This document shows, one piece after another, positions 1 to 14,300 of a stretch of DNA of 64,000 nt. A program made the translations under genes and the position numbers. Within the stretch, counting starts at the first letter, position 1, and each line of letters starts with the position of its first letter. The notes beneath the pieces are model-generated. The model worked only from the letters and a program-made list of their open reading frames with translations. It was not told the DNA's origin and searched no databases. The DNA comes from Octopus vulgaris (taxonomy: Eukaryota), in contig OX597815.1 of NCBI GenBank assembly GCA_951406725.2, positions 117,366,001 through 117,430,000 of the forward strand, in the 5' to 3' direction.

Positions 1-2799
1 CATTTATTTACCTGGTACAGGTTGTAGCACCAGTTGAATATGTAGGATCCTAACTTCAATAAATAAAAGACTGTGACATACATTTTTTGAGACATAATTA
101 TTATGACTGTCTAGAATGAATGGACTTCAATAATGCTTGTGTGTCTTTCTTGTGTACTAACATACAATGCCTTATCCATTCATCTTCTACTGACGTAATT
201 ACATGGGTACAGAAATCCCAGACATATATATATATATGTGTGTGTTGTATACATATTTTCATGTGTTTATGTAAAATGCATTAAAACAAAAAGATATACA
301 AAAATATACAGGAATACTTTGTTAGCATCACAATCTATTTGTTCCGGATAATTTTTATTGTAATTATAAATTTACTCAAAACTTTGCATCCACATATCAA
401 TGAGTATATGTTATACAACATTTAAAACAATAAATTGCATTAATATTTTCTAAGAGGCTTTTAAGTCCCTCCTAAATTCTTCATGTGAACAGGGTTTTTT
501 AAGGAACTTTGAAATTCTTTCTCCATCCTATCATCATCATCATTGTTGTCATTGTTGTTATTATTATTAAGACAGCAAGCTGTCAGAATAATTAGCCTGC
601 TCAGCAAAATGCTTTATGGCATTTAGTCTGTCTTCGTGTTCTGAGTTCAAATTCCGTTGAGGTCGACTGTACCTTTTATTCTTTTGAGGTGGATTAAATT
701 TGTACCAGTTGCGCACTGGGGTTGATGTAATCGACTTGTCCCCTCCCTCCAAATTTCAGGCCTTGAACCTCTAGTAGAAAGGATTATTATTATTATTTTT
801 ATCATTATTATTATTATTATTATTGTTATTAATATACCATTGTTATCTATCTTTAAGAGCAAAAATGTGATATTGTTTGTTTAGAAAGAAAAGAAAAATG
901 TTGATTTATCTTTTTTCTCCTCCGATTGATGTCTCATTTTAAAAGTTTTAATTAAATTTTTTTCAAAAGTTGTAAAATTATCAGCTTTTGACATCGGAAT
1001 GTTTTTGTTTTCATTGTGAAATTATCCAAAGTGTTTTCTATTTTACAAAATAAAGTTCAACAAGTCTTTTTGTGTTGAATTCATTTGTGGATTGATGTAA
1101 AATTTTTATGACTATTGTTAATGTATGATCTGATTCAAATAATGTTAATAAATTACGATTAAATAATGAAATTATCAACAGAAATATGTTTTAAATTATT
1201 TATGGTGAGTTCAGATTTTATAGCATTGATCAAATGATATTTACATCTGCACTACAATTTGATCTCCAATCCTCATTAAGTATCTTATTGATGGCTATGT
1301 GTATACAGTGTAATATAGAGAGAATGCTATTATTACCTTAGTTTAGATTGGGTGGTGCATTGCATCCTTGAGCAAGTCTCTTCATTTCATGTTGTCTCAG
1401 TTCATTATTTGCAACTCAGTACCATCAATAGCCTGATAGTTAACTCTGTACTAGACTGGTTGCTTATTCAGTAAAAAGTCTTTTATTCTCAGTGGCATAA
1501 ATACTCTTGAAATTGGGAGAAGGCCAAGCCTAAAGGCCTGTAGACTCAAGACAGATTTAACTTTTTTTGGGGGGAAATAAATGCTCTTGGTTATAGTCTA
1601 GTCTGAGACACAGTATACATTAAGGAATAATACATCTTTTATCTTTTACCCATTTCAATCATTTGATTGGGGCCATGCTGGAGTACCACTTTGAAGGATT
1701 TTTAGTCGAATGATTGAACTCTGTACTTTTTCTTTTTAAAGCCAGGTAGTCAATCTCTTTTGCTGAACCGTTAAGTTACCAGGAAATAAACAAACCAACA
1801 CTGGTTGTCAAGTGGTGATTTGGGAGAATTTCCATCAATCAAATCTGCTCATAAGACTTTGGTTGGCCCAAAGTACCACCCAATGGGTCTGAGCTTGGAA
1901 CCATATGGTTGAGAAGCAAACTTCTTACCACATAGCCAGAGATCAAACATATTGAAATTTAGAGAGGATATAAGTATTGTAAAAATATATTCTAAAGAAG
2001 AGTTTAATAAATAAAACTGTCACTTTATTAACACCATCTCAGACATTTATGCACTATTGTGGTCACAAAATTAATTGATTTGAGTTTTAATTATTTTACA
2101 ATAAAGGGTTTATTTTATTTATTTAATTTTTTGTCTTGGTTAGATCATGATTATAAAAGTGAATTTAGATTTAAAAATGATTTGAGTGGATTATAAGGCC
2201 TGATTAAACATAAAAGAAAACATTGTGATTTGCTGATACTAGGTAATTTCAATGATTTTTAAATGTCAAAACTGTTTTATTAATACTGTTAATAAAAAAT
2301 GTTAATAGAAAATATATGCTCAATGGAGAGTGGTGAATTAGTAGAATCATTTGGTAAATGAAAAACAAGAATGCTCTGTAGTATTTCTTCATGCTCTTTA
2401 CATACTGAATTCAAATTCTACCTAGGCCAGCTTTTCTTTTCATCTTTTCAGGGTTTCATAAAATAAAGTACCAGTTAAATATAGATGTTAATATAATCAA
2501 CTAACAGCTCCGTCCAAAATTGCCAGCCTTGTGCCTAAATTAGAAACAATTATATAGCCAATGGAATATGCAACAATATTTTTCTCTCTGTTTTTAAATT
2601 TTTCTATTTCTTTTAAATAGATATCAAAGGTAAAGAAATATTTTAACCTAGTAAAAATTAGTCATAGTTTATCATACATAATTTTAAGATCAAATGTATT
2701 TAGATAATATTTTACAATGTCTACAGATCATGTTATTGATGCACTTGAATTTCAGTTACGTTTTGTTTCTATTAGAGATTTTATTTAGATTATGTGTTT

Positions 2800-3390
2800 A
2801 TTTTTTTAATAAATTTTAACAAGTTTATGTTAAAAAATATTATTAAAATTTACTTGGGGGAATAAAATTAAAAAATAATTCATAGGTTATTTAATTTTTT
2901 TAATGAAATTTCAATGAATTTTTTTATATTGTGTTATCAAGTTTTATCTGATAGAATAAAAAAAAAAAAAATAAAACTCATAACTAACTTTACTTATGAT
3001 TTTGTAATAAAATCTCAGTGACTCACTGTATTTTTACAATTTAACATAATCATGTTGACATGTTATTAAATTTTACCTGAGGGAATAAAACTGAAAATAA
3101 TATTCACAGGTAGGTATTGTAAACCAATCATTTTATGAAATTTCAGTGAATCTTTGTATTTTCACATTTCAATATAATTAATGTTGAATCAAGAATACGT
3201 TTTATATTTTTCTTGGGGAATGAAAATAAAGAACAATTCATAGGTAATTTAATCTATACTTGAAGATGAAATACTAATGAATTGTATTTTCACATTTTAA
3301 CCTGTTTATACTAAATTAAAAATGATGTTATTAAATTCAACCTGAGAGAATTAAAAAAACAAAACAGGAATTAATAGGTATCTTAACCCC
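2800..3390. repeat. Degenerate AT-rich tandem repeat (unit about 130 bp, about 4 copies)
   Basis: The motif ttattaaatttta-cctgagggaataaaa...ttcataggta recurs near 2838, 3062, 3197 and 3327. Confidence 0.65.
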
Positions 3391-3982
3391 AGTAATTTCT
3401 TGCCATTGTATTTGAACTCTACTCTTGTTTATTGTTAAATTTCTGGGTTTGACCTAATATATACCATTATTATTATTATGTAATTTGGCTTGATTGACAG
3501 CTCCTTTATGTTTGTCAATGCCCTAAATATGTTTCTCAAGCAGCTCTAATCTATCACCTTAATTAAGGTGCAATCTGTAAATAACTTTATGAAATTATAC
3601 TCCTGACACATTTCTTGTACTACTTACTGCCTATGAATTATAAAATAACATTTTCTCCCGTTTTTATGTGGTGCAATTTAAAAATTATGAGGTTATATTT
3701 TTCAAATTTACATTCAAGCTTACATTTATGTTAAATTTAAGATAAAACTGTCATGTTTCTGTACTACCTTGCATTTTAACGAAATCTAATTCTGGAATAT
3801 TAATCATCGTATATTGTTTTTATTTTATTTACTATTTAAAATATATATTTGACCTTAATAAAATTTTAAAAAAATTCAGTAAGCTCTAAAATAAGCTTTA
3901 TTGTAGCCAAAGTTTTATAAAGATTGCACATTCATTAATAGACAAGTCATTAATGTATGCGTATGTATGTATGTATGTATGT

Positions 3983-4013
<31 letters not shown>

Positions 4014-4028
4014 CATACACACACACAA

Positions 4029-4440
4029 TGGAAACCATGAGATACTTTATTCAAATCCACTACAATTGTTTTGAGTCATTCTACAACTGTCACATCACAG
4101 GTGCCTATTGTGCCTCCTCAGGTGACTTTTTAAAAAAGTTCCTTGCTCTTTCTCTTCGCCAGTTCATTTAGCCTTATAACAATATATATCTACATAACTG
4201 CTCCATTCTGGCAGTTTTCATAAGTAACTACTACAGTTATGTAGATATATCTCGTTATAAGGCTAAGTGAATTGGCAAGGAGAAAGAGTGAGGAACTTGT
4301 TTAAAAGTCACCCGAAGAGGCATAATATGCACCTGTGATGCAAGAAAATTGATTGCACAGCATCTCAACTGTGAGCTACAGGTGCAGAATGAGGCAAAAC
4401 AATTGCAGCGAATATGAATAAAGAATTTTGTGAATTCCAT
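4029..4440. repeat. Long imperfect foldback (MITE-like)
   Basis: Arms of about 170-190 bp (for example ttagccttataac...atatatctacataactg against cagttatgtagatatat...gttataaggctaa) around a loop of about 35 nt. Confidence 0.9.
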
Positions 4441-7006
4441 TTTCTATCTCTGATTTGTTTATATAAAGTCTGCAGACACCAAAGAATTCATGAAGTAAAT
4501 TTAGTAGCATTTGTATCTCTACTATTGATGACATTAGGTAACCAAAAACTGTGGACAAGCTTAACTCTGCATCCTACACACACATACATACATACATTTC
4601 TATTTCTTAAATACTGAATATGATGTTTATCACTAAAATAAAATATGTTTCTTTCTGCATAACCATTATATTCAGTCTAGACCACAGTTGGGTTAATTAC
4701 TAAATAGATCAATTATGTTAGAACCTCAACCTTTTTATTACCATATTTGTATTAAAATACACCATTTTCATTTCCATTAGTTTTGGAAATGATGAATTTA
4801 GCAAAACAACTTTATTATGATTAAGCTGGTGTTCGGAATATAAAATTGTATGAAATTTCGATGGAACATTTTAAATTAGATCAACTTAAAGCAGAAAGTA
4901 TGCATCATAGAACCACGTGCCATCTATCCAAAGGGTTAAAGAAAGTATGTTCTTATATATTAATTAACTATTAACTTTATTCCTATATATTTTAAAATAT
5001 AAATGATAGGAGTTGTTACCTAGTATTATTAATTTTTTTCCTAGACAAAATGTAGGCTGGTGAATTGGTCAGATTGCTAGAGTTGTAGATTGTTTCACTG
5101 AAAAACCAAAGTTCATTTTCAAGTTTATAAAGCATAAAGCAAGGAGAATTTCCATTAAAGTGATCAACTATTTTGATATAGCATTTTTCATACTCTTCTG
5201 AATTTTTAAAACCTAAATTTTTCAGAATTATTTTCAGAATGATTTTGAAATCCATGTACTTTTATGCCTCTATTTAATAATAGAGGATTGTGTTTAAGAC
5301 ATTGAGAGGCAGGTAGTAATGTATAATTGTAAATTTTGCTGATAATATTCTTTTGTGCTCCATTTCATCAAAATCTTATCATTGTATTGTTATCCACGAT
5401 TTTAAAAATTGCATGTATTTTATATCATTGAATACGAATGTATCATTCTTTATGTTTTGAAATTGTACTTGTAATTGTACAAGGAACTTCATCTGAGATC
5501 GTTTGTGGAAACTTAAACAACTGCATCTTGGAAGATCCATGATAATTGTTTAAAAATCACATATACAGTTATTTTTTACTATTTTTTTCTTGGTTTTAAT
5601 CTCAGAGACATGAACTATATATTTTTACTTTTTTTCAGTCATAAGACTGTGGCCATACTGGGGCACTGCATTGAAGGGTATTAATTGAATGAATTGACCC
5701 CAGTACTTATTTATATAAGCCTGGTGCTTAACAGTCAGTCTCTTTTGCTGAATTGCTAACAACATTGGTTGTCAAGCAGTGTAGTGGTGGGCGTTCAAAC
5801 ACGAATATACACACACACACACACACACACAACAGGCTTCTTTCAGTTTCTGCCTACCAAATCCACTCACAAGGCTTTGGTTGGTTCAGGTCTATAGTAG
5901 AAGACACTTGCCCAAGGTGCCATGCTGTGGGACTGAACCTGGAACCATGTGGTTGGAAAGCAAACTTCTTGCCACATAGTCATGTCTGCACTTAAATTCA
6001 CTTTTGTTTTGTAATTATAAATTATAAAAGCATTTTTGATTGGTGGGGGGAATATCTAAAATGACTAAATTTGAAAAGGGTGTATTAGTTCCTATCTCAT
6101 TTTTAATGAATCTAATTCTGAAATGCCAGTCAACAAGACAGTAACAAGATCATTTAAATACTTAATATGGTGTTAATTTTATTTAATTAAAATATTAAAG
6201 AACTTTAATATAAATGAGCTTAATAAAATTATAAATCTTTTGAATAAACTTTTAAAATTTTTCCATAGCAACAGCTTTATTGAGATTCCACATACGTTAA
6301 CAGACAGGTCATTTAATTGATATATATATATATATATATGTATATACATATATGTTGTCATCTTGTAAACATTGATATAATGTGTGCTTCCCAATAATCT
6401 TCTTTGTTCTTAGTATGGATATTTACGGTTTGTTGAAAACATGGCTGTTTGAAAAATGTTAATTGGTCGTTATGTAAATTATAAATTATACTGCTGTGTT
6501 TCTGTCTGTTACTGAAATATATGCCTGAATTTTACATTTTTTAAAGTAAATAAAATATATATATATATATAACTTGTTATTGGCTTTTATATATTTTGAA
6601 AATGCCTTTTTATGTATTCATCTCTTTAGCAAATCACATGCTTCTGTCCCTCTGTCATAGTTTCACATTTTTCAATACTGTATCCTGCTTAGTTGAGAGG
6701 TCACATCTTGTGAGTACTTGATGGCCTCACCAGTACTTGTGCAATGAAAAAAAAGCACCCAGGACACTCTGTAAAAGGTTGGCATTAGGAAGAGCATTCT
6801 GCAGTAAAAAACCTTGCCAGAGCAGATATTGAGCTAGAAAAATTTCTAAGCTACATAAGATGTGCACTTGGACAGTAACAGATTGCTTGACACTCTCCCA
6901 GCCACTTATATGCATGTAGTCAAATTTCAGCTCATATAATTTTCTTGAGAAAATCTCTTCTCTATATGATTTGCTAATATAGCATATGGTTTGTATTTGT
7001 ATGTGA

Positions 7007-7330
7007 AGGCACATGGCTCAGTGGTTACAGCATCAAGCTTATGATCGTGAGGTTCTGAGTTTGAATCCCAGACCAGGCTGTGTGCTGTGTTCTTGAGCAA
7101 GACACTTTATTTCATGTTGCTCCAGTTCACTCAGGTGTAGAAAGGAGTTGCGATGTCACAGGTGCTGTATCGGCCTTTCCCTTTTCCTTGGATAACACTG
7201 GTGGCATGGAGAGGGGAGGCTGGTATGCATGGGTGACTGCTGGTCTTCTATAAGCAAACTTGCCCGGACTTGTTCCTGGGAGGGTAACTTTCTAGGTGCA
7301 ATCCCATGGTCAGACATGACCAAAGGGGGT
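7007..7330 (+). mobile_element. tRNA-derived SINE, family C (related heads about 22170-22520, 55508-55770, 61119-61267)
   Basis: TGGCTCAGTGGTTA A box, GTTTGAATCCC B box, and the core TTCTTGAGCAAGACACTTTATTTCA shared with the 55508 and 61119 copies. Confidence 0.8.
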
Positions 7331-7989
7331 CTCAGCATGTGTTTGTTCTCCCAGCACTTAATATGCATTCATTGACTGTTCATGGTTCATTGATCAAACT
7401 TCAGCTCATTATGTGAGTTTAATATTCTTCAGGAAAACTGAATATTCTATTTAACTATCATTGAAAGAATACACTGAAAAGGCCACAGATGTGTGGTGAA
7501 AGACTTTGATAGACCTATCGATAAGTAATTAATTAACAATAAAATAAATTCAGCCAGTATATGTATTCTGTATCACAATTTTAGTTCAAATTTCAACATA
7601 TATAAATATATTTATATATATTCTTTTACTTGTTTCAGTCATCTGACTGTGGCCATGCTGGAGCACCGCAATTAGTCAAACAAATTGACTCCAGGACTTA
7701 TTCTTTGTAAGCCTAGTACTTATTCTATTGGGTCTCTTTTGCTGAACTGCTAAGTTATGAGGATGTAAACATACAAACATTGTGGAGACAACAGTGGGGA
7801 GACAAACACAGACAGACAAACACACACACATGATGGGCTGCTTTCTACCAAATCAACTCACAAAGCTTTGGTTGGCCCAGGGTTATAGTAGAAGACACTT
7901 GCCCAAGGTGGCATGCAGTGGGACTGAACCTGGAACCATGTGGTTGGGAAGCAGGCATCTTACCACACAGCCATGCCTGTGTCTGTATA

Positions 7990-10402
7990 TATCATCATCA
8001 TCATCGTTTAATGTCTGTTCTCCATGCTAGCATGGGTTGGATGGTTCGACCGGGGATCTGGGAAGCCAGAAGGCTGCACCAGGCTCCAGTCTTATCTGGC
8101 AATGTTTCTACAGCTGGATGCCCTTCCTAACGCCAACCACTCCGTGAGTGTAGTGGGTGCTCTTTACGTGCCACCTGCACAGGTGCCAGGCGAGGCTGGC
8201 AACGGCCAAAGTCGGATTGGTGCATTTTACGTGCCACCGGCACGGAAGCCAGTCAAGGCGGCGCTGGCATCAGCCACGATTTGGATAGTGCTTTTTACGT
8301 ACCACCAGTCCAGGGGTCCTGGCATCTGCTGGGTGCCAGTCATAGGATTGGTTCAATTTCGATTCCGATTTCACTTGCCCCAACAGGTCTTCGCAAGCAA
8401 AGGGGGGTTGGCATGGGTGCCTGTTGTCGGATGAGGTTCGATATTGACTTCGCTTGCCTCAACAGGTCTTTGTGTATCCAAGGGAGGAAAGGCATGCATA
8501 AGTGGGCTGGACTCACTTGTCCTGCCTGGTCTTATGTACAGCATATTTCCAAAGGTCTCAGTCGCTGGTCATTTCCTCAGTGAGGCATAAAGTTCGAAGG
8601 TCGTGCTTCACCACCTCGTCCCAGGTTTTCCTGGGTCTACCTCTTCCACGGGTTTCCTCAGCTGTTAGGGATTGGCACTTTTTCACACACCTATCTTCAT
8701 CCATTCTTGCCACATGACCATACCAACGCAATCATCTCTCTTGCATACCACAACTGATGCTTCTTAGGTCCAACATTTCTCTCAAGGTACTAACGCTTTG
8801 TCGAGTATGCACACTGACATTACACATCCATCGGAGCATACTGGCTTCATTCCTCATGAGCTTACGCATGTCCTCAGCAGTCACGGCCCATGTTTCACTG
8901 CCATGTAGCATGGCTGTTCGTACACATGCATCATACAGTCTGCCTTTTACTCTGAGCGAGAAGCCTTTAGTCACCAGCAGAGGTAAGAGCTCCCTAAACT
9001 TTGCCCAGGCTATTCTTATTTTAGCAGTTACACTTTCAACGCACCCACCCCCACTACTGACTTGGTCACCTAGATAACGGAAGCTATCAACTACTTCTAG
9101 TTTTTCCCCCTGGAAAGTGACGGAAGTTGTTTTCTGCAGATTTTCAGAGTTTAATGCTCCCGAGCATCTGCCACATACAAAAACTATCTTCCCAGTTAGC
9201 CTTCCTTTGACATTGCTGCACCTCTTATGTGTCCATAGCTTACACTGGGTACATCTTATAGAGTTTCTACCTACACTTTTTCTACAGATCGAGCAGGGCC
9301 ATCTTCCTGAAGACATTTGTGGATTGTCTACCTTCCTACTTATTAGAACTTTGGTTTTATCTAGGTTGACTCTTAGGCCCCTCGATTCTAAACCCTCCTT
9401 CCACACCTGGAACTTCTCCTCCAGTTCTGATAGTGACTCAGCAATTAGAGCAAGGTCGTCAGCATAGAGGAGCTCCCAGGGGCAACCTGTCTTGAATTCC
9501 TCCGTAATTGCCTGGAGGACTATGATAAATAGGAGGGGGCTGAGGACTGAACCCTGGTGGACCCCAACCTCTACTTTGAATTCTTCTGCGTACATGTTGC
9601 CAACCCTAACCTTACTTACGGCATCCCTGTACATGGCTTGCACAGCCCTCACCAGCCATTCATCTATCCCTAGTTTCCTCATTGACCACCAGATAAGGGA
9701 TCGGGGGACCCTGTCAAAGGCTTTCTCCATGTCAACGAAAGCCAGGTACAGAGGCTTATCTTTGGCTAGGTATTTCTCCTGCAGCTGTCTCACCAGAAAT
9801 ATGGCATCAGTGGTGCTTTTCCCTGGCATGAAACCAAACTGCATCTCGTCCACGTTGACTCTCTCCCTAATCAGTTGGGCTATGACCCTCTCTGTAACCT
9901 TCATTACCTGATCCAACAGCTTGATACCTCTGTAATTATTTTTATGTAGGGCGTCACCCTTACCTTTGTAGCAGTTGACTAGTATGCTGCTATACCAGTC
10001 ATTGGTATAACTCCTTCGTGTATCAGCTGGTTAACTATACGGGTGACTAGGTTATAGCCGACACTGCCAGATATTTTGAGCATCTCTGCAGTAATTCCTG
10101 ATGGGCCTGGGGCTTTCCCTGTCTTCATGCTTCTAATTGCCTTAACTACCAAAGAATTGTCAACTCGGATGGCTGGTCCCTCTGTTGGGTTGACATTTGG
10201 CAGACTCTCTTTATCCCATTCATTTTCTTTATTCAGCAACCTTTCATAGTGGCATCTCCAAACCTCTCTCTTTGCATCCTCATTTAGCGCAAGTGAACTA
10301 TCATCCATGCGGATACATTTCTCTCCTACCACATCACGATTCTCTCTCACACACTGTTTTGCAACATGAAATACCTCAAGTCTTTCATCCTCACGGTGCA
10401 GA
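7990..10402 (-). mobile_element. 5'-truncated RTE-clade LINE with reverse transcriptase ORF
   Basis: ORF 8732..9916 has QFGFMPGKST, FVDMEKAFD, GVHQGSVLSPLLF, LYADDL and FRYLG. Upstream KAPGPSGITAEMLK is in a shifted frame. It ends in a (GAT)n tail near 7990 and lacks the endonuclease. Confidence 0.95.
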
Positions 10403-10828
10403 ACATATATATATACATATATATATATATATTTTTTTTTTCCAGGATTCAAGAGAATCAGGTAGTTAAATAGTGAAAGCACCAAGGTCAGGTCGGTGAT
10501 AGTGTTATTGTGTACAAACAATATTTAAGGACAAATATGTACTTACTAAAGTGGACATGGATTTGTACTACAGTTGTATGTACAATCACAAATGGGCAAC
10601 TGAATACACAAGTCATCAAGTTTACACATGTATATAATGTCACTGCACCTATCGCACCATACTCAATAGACTCAAGATCCAAACGAATTGCAGGTTCTGA
10701 GTTAGGGGAAGGATAAACAAATAACAACAGGTGGATTGCTTTTTGTTTATATATATATATATATATATAGTTACATTCATTTGAGACATAAATAGAGAGA
10801 AGAAAAAAGAGAACTCAGGAAAAGCGTA

Positions 10829-10873
<45 letters not shown>

Positions 10874-11196
10874 GATATATATTATTTAATAATTTGTTAT
10901 ATCAATGAAGATATGTTAATGTCATGTCAAATATATACACATAATAAGCAGTTTATCTTTTCAAGATTATAGAATAAATATTCTTTGTTAGAAGAATTTA
11001 GGATACATGAGTATTTTTAGATATTAATTGTATTCATCATTTTAGTTGCAGAATATCTCCATGTTTTATGGATTTTATATTTTTTATGAAGCGGATTCTT
11101 TCTTTTTTTTTTTATTTGTTTTTGGTAACTTCAAAATATAAAAGGCCAGAAAAAAAATCCTAAAAAGAAAATATAAAAATATATATGGAAATGATA

Positions 11197-11347
11197 TTAG
11201 ACAGTGTGATTAAATCTAAGCCAACATGGAGAATGGAAAGTTTGCAAAACAATTTTTTCAGCTGACATATATGTAACACAAATTGCTGTTATCACCCCTA
11301 TCAAGATAATCTCGTAATTCAGCACACGGATGTGGAGTGGAATGTAA
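11197..11347 (-). CDS. Transporter last coding exon (YIPLHIRVLNYEIILIGVITAICVTYMSAEKIVLQTFHSPCWLRFNHTV*)
   Basis: Acceptor cttttcctttcag. Phase 2 matches the preceding donor. Encodes the final hydrophobic helix and ends in TAA at 11197-11199. Not in the ORF track. Confidence 0.88.
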
Positions 11348-14300
11348 CTGAAAGGAAAAGAAGAGGTAAGTTAGAGAGATATTTAGATTTAGGCTTGTTT
11401 ATAATTCAGTAGAGTTTAAATATTGTTAGTCAACACAAGGAAAGTGAATTGGTAGAATCGTTTGAAAATTGGATAGAATCATCATTATCATTTAATGTCC
11501 ATGTTCTATGTTGGCAGGCACTGAACAGTTTGTCAGAGTCCAGTGGGACAAATTCCAATCTGAGAAAAGTCTCCTTTCTACAATATTCTTTAAGGAAGGA
11601 AAAATTATCCAGCAACTCAGGTTAATATGAATGTCCCTGGTAGGTGTAAAAGACTAACTGGCATCTCTTGTCAAGAATACAGGTGACAGTCAGGTCACTG
11701 ATGTTTGATGTGCACTCCACTGTTGTTATCTGATTGCTGCTATTCTGTGCGTCTGTGTGTAAAGATCAGTTGTGTTTTGCAGGGTTGCTTTATTTTAACC
11801 CTTAACTTAGAAATGGAGAAAGACATAATGCCCCATTTGGGGCTAGAAATATTGCAAAAAAACGCGAAATTCTTTTAGCAGGCATGTGTCTGTGATAAGC
11901 CCTAGTGATGCTGATGGCCTGGTGTCACCTCTGATATATCTATCTATATATATATATATATGACACAGTAGGAAAACTTCCAAAAGGTTCATGCAATTCT
12001 GCTGGTTTCAGAATCTTTCTTCAAATATTGTGACTGTATCAAGAATTCTTTGCAAAAGCTGTATACATATATTTATAACACACACACACACACGTATATA
12101 TAGTGGTGCTGGCACCATGTAAAAAGTACCCAGCACACTCTGCAAATTAGTTGGCATTTGGAAGGGCATCCAGCTATAGAGACAATGCCAAAACAGACTA
12201 TGGAACATGGTGTGGTTCTTGGCCTTGCCAGCTCCTGTCAAATCATCCAACCCATGCCAACATGGAAACGGATGTTACATGATGAGGACGATGATGATGA
12301 TGACGAGATATATAATAGATAGATTGATAGATTGATAAACATGTAGATTAAATTTTCCCTACCACTGGTTATGATAAAGAAATTGAGATCTCTTGTCATA
12401 ATAACTAATTAGTTTATTAATCAGATAACAGTGAAAGTAAAGTCAATGACATCTATAAGGAGTTTAGAAAAATTTTAAATATTATATATTAAATATTAAC
12501 ACAAATGCCATAACTTTCATTGCTGCTACAATGAGTGGGTTTATGATCAAATTATTCCCACCATGACTATCTCTTGTAATCTTATTGTTTTTTTTCAGAC
12601 ATTATGTAGCTGTGGTCACATTATCCTAACTGTCATTCTTCCCTTTTTATTTTCATAAAGGCAGTATTTTATATAATGAGGGAAATTTAGTTGTTATTTC
12701 TATCAAGCTGAGTAACCATTTAGAGGCTTTTTCATTAGCTCACAAATATCATAACACTTTTCTGAGGTAGTATTTCAGTTTCATATGATCAACTTTAAAG
12801 CAATGAATATCAAGAATTACTTACATAGGTTCCCAGTCACCTTTCATTGGAGCCAATTTCAGATAGATTATTGAAGGAAATATGAAGGTAAGAATAGTGA
12901 TTGCTGAACCACCAATTAGTGAAAGAATTGAATCAAAATCAGGAAAAGTTTCAGCGATAAAAACAATACATAGCATCACTAGACTTCGAGACATGATCCG
13001 TTTTATATTAAAATCTGAAAGAGAAAATAATCTAGTTTCATATATTTTTGTAAAAACAATTCTGAATTTAATGTCCGAATGATTAGCATCTAGAGAGAAG
13101 GCTGATGTTATGTTTACAAAACTGTTGTATATCATTTATTGAACAAACATTGATTGAATGTATAATAATAATAATATAATAATGAAATTATTGTATACAG
13201 TGCTCTGGTGCACTACAACTTGTCAAAAGTGAGTATAAAATATATGCAGTAATGTACAAATTTCTGGAAAGTGAACAATGTATGAGTCAGATACATGCTT
13301 GTGTGTGTATGGAGGGGAGAAAATCAGATGTAGCATTGGCGAATCTCAGGAAGCATGGAAGTTTTGAAGGATGCAGTGCTTTGACAACTAACAACTGATG
13401 CCAGCAGTTTGTTCCATACTTCAGCAACTCTTAGCATGAAAAAATGTTTCCTAAAGTCATGGGAGCTGTGCTGTTTTCTGACTTTGTAAGCATGTCCATG
13501 GGTGTTAGACAGGTGGAGTTTGAAAAGGTGCTCAGAGTTATTGTTAGTAAGATGGTTAAGGTGTTTCTAGCTGTCATCTATCAAACACTGAGTCTGATAT
13601 ATTATTCAATCCTACATTATTCAATCCTCATCATCCCAGTCTTTTATAACCATGTTCTTGCCATATTTCTATCAAAATACACTGACTTTTAATTAATTTT
13701 GAAAATAATCAAGAATTTTGTAAAACAACTTCAACATTATTAAGTTGTTGTTTGGAACATAACAAAAAATTATAATGGAAAGTTTTAGTTTAGATTACTG
13801 CAAACAGGAGATTTGCATAACAGAATCATAGATGGTCTCAGGTAGGTTGATATCAAAAGGGTTAAAGGACTGTTGGTTGTCATTTCACAGAGACTTGACT
13901 ATTATTTCTAGAAGGTTCAGCAAACCATATAGAGACATTCTTATACTGGCTTCTTATTGAATTGTTTAATAACTGTGTTAATCTAATTTGTAAAAAGAAG
14001 ATATATTTTTAAACCATCAACCAAAACCAAAAATATAAATACAATGTATAAAAAGCTTATCTTTTATTTTTGGTTTAGATTCAAGAGAAAAAAATTGACC
14101 AGAAAAGAAAAATTTGGACTGTTACATTATATTTGAATTACAAGTAAAGGGAAAAAAGGCCAAGAAAGAGACATTGAATGATATAGCTCACTGCTTGGAG
14201 AAGGATGGGGGTAGGGAAGAAAAGGAAAATATAAAAGCTGAAATGATCGCATCTGAAAAGTTATTGATAATAGCTTTACCACATTTTGAATATGTGGAAT

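Noticed and set aside
880-5260. Possible exons of a plus-strand gene (donor at 1204, segment 4475-4537, acceptor near 5044) and ORF 5016..5255
   Set aside because: These are isolated splice-like signals with no consistent open frame or recognisable protein similarity.
8757-9911. Plus-strand ORFs of 106-139 aa
   Set aside because: They are antisense shadows of the RTE reverse transcriptase ORF.
10673-10697. Strong-looking minus-strand acceptor (cctaactcag) as the last transporter exon
   Set aside because: It would give only TCNSFGS* and lose the last helix. The 11197-11347 exon fits the family much better.
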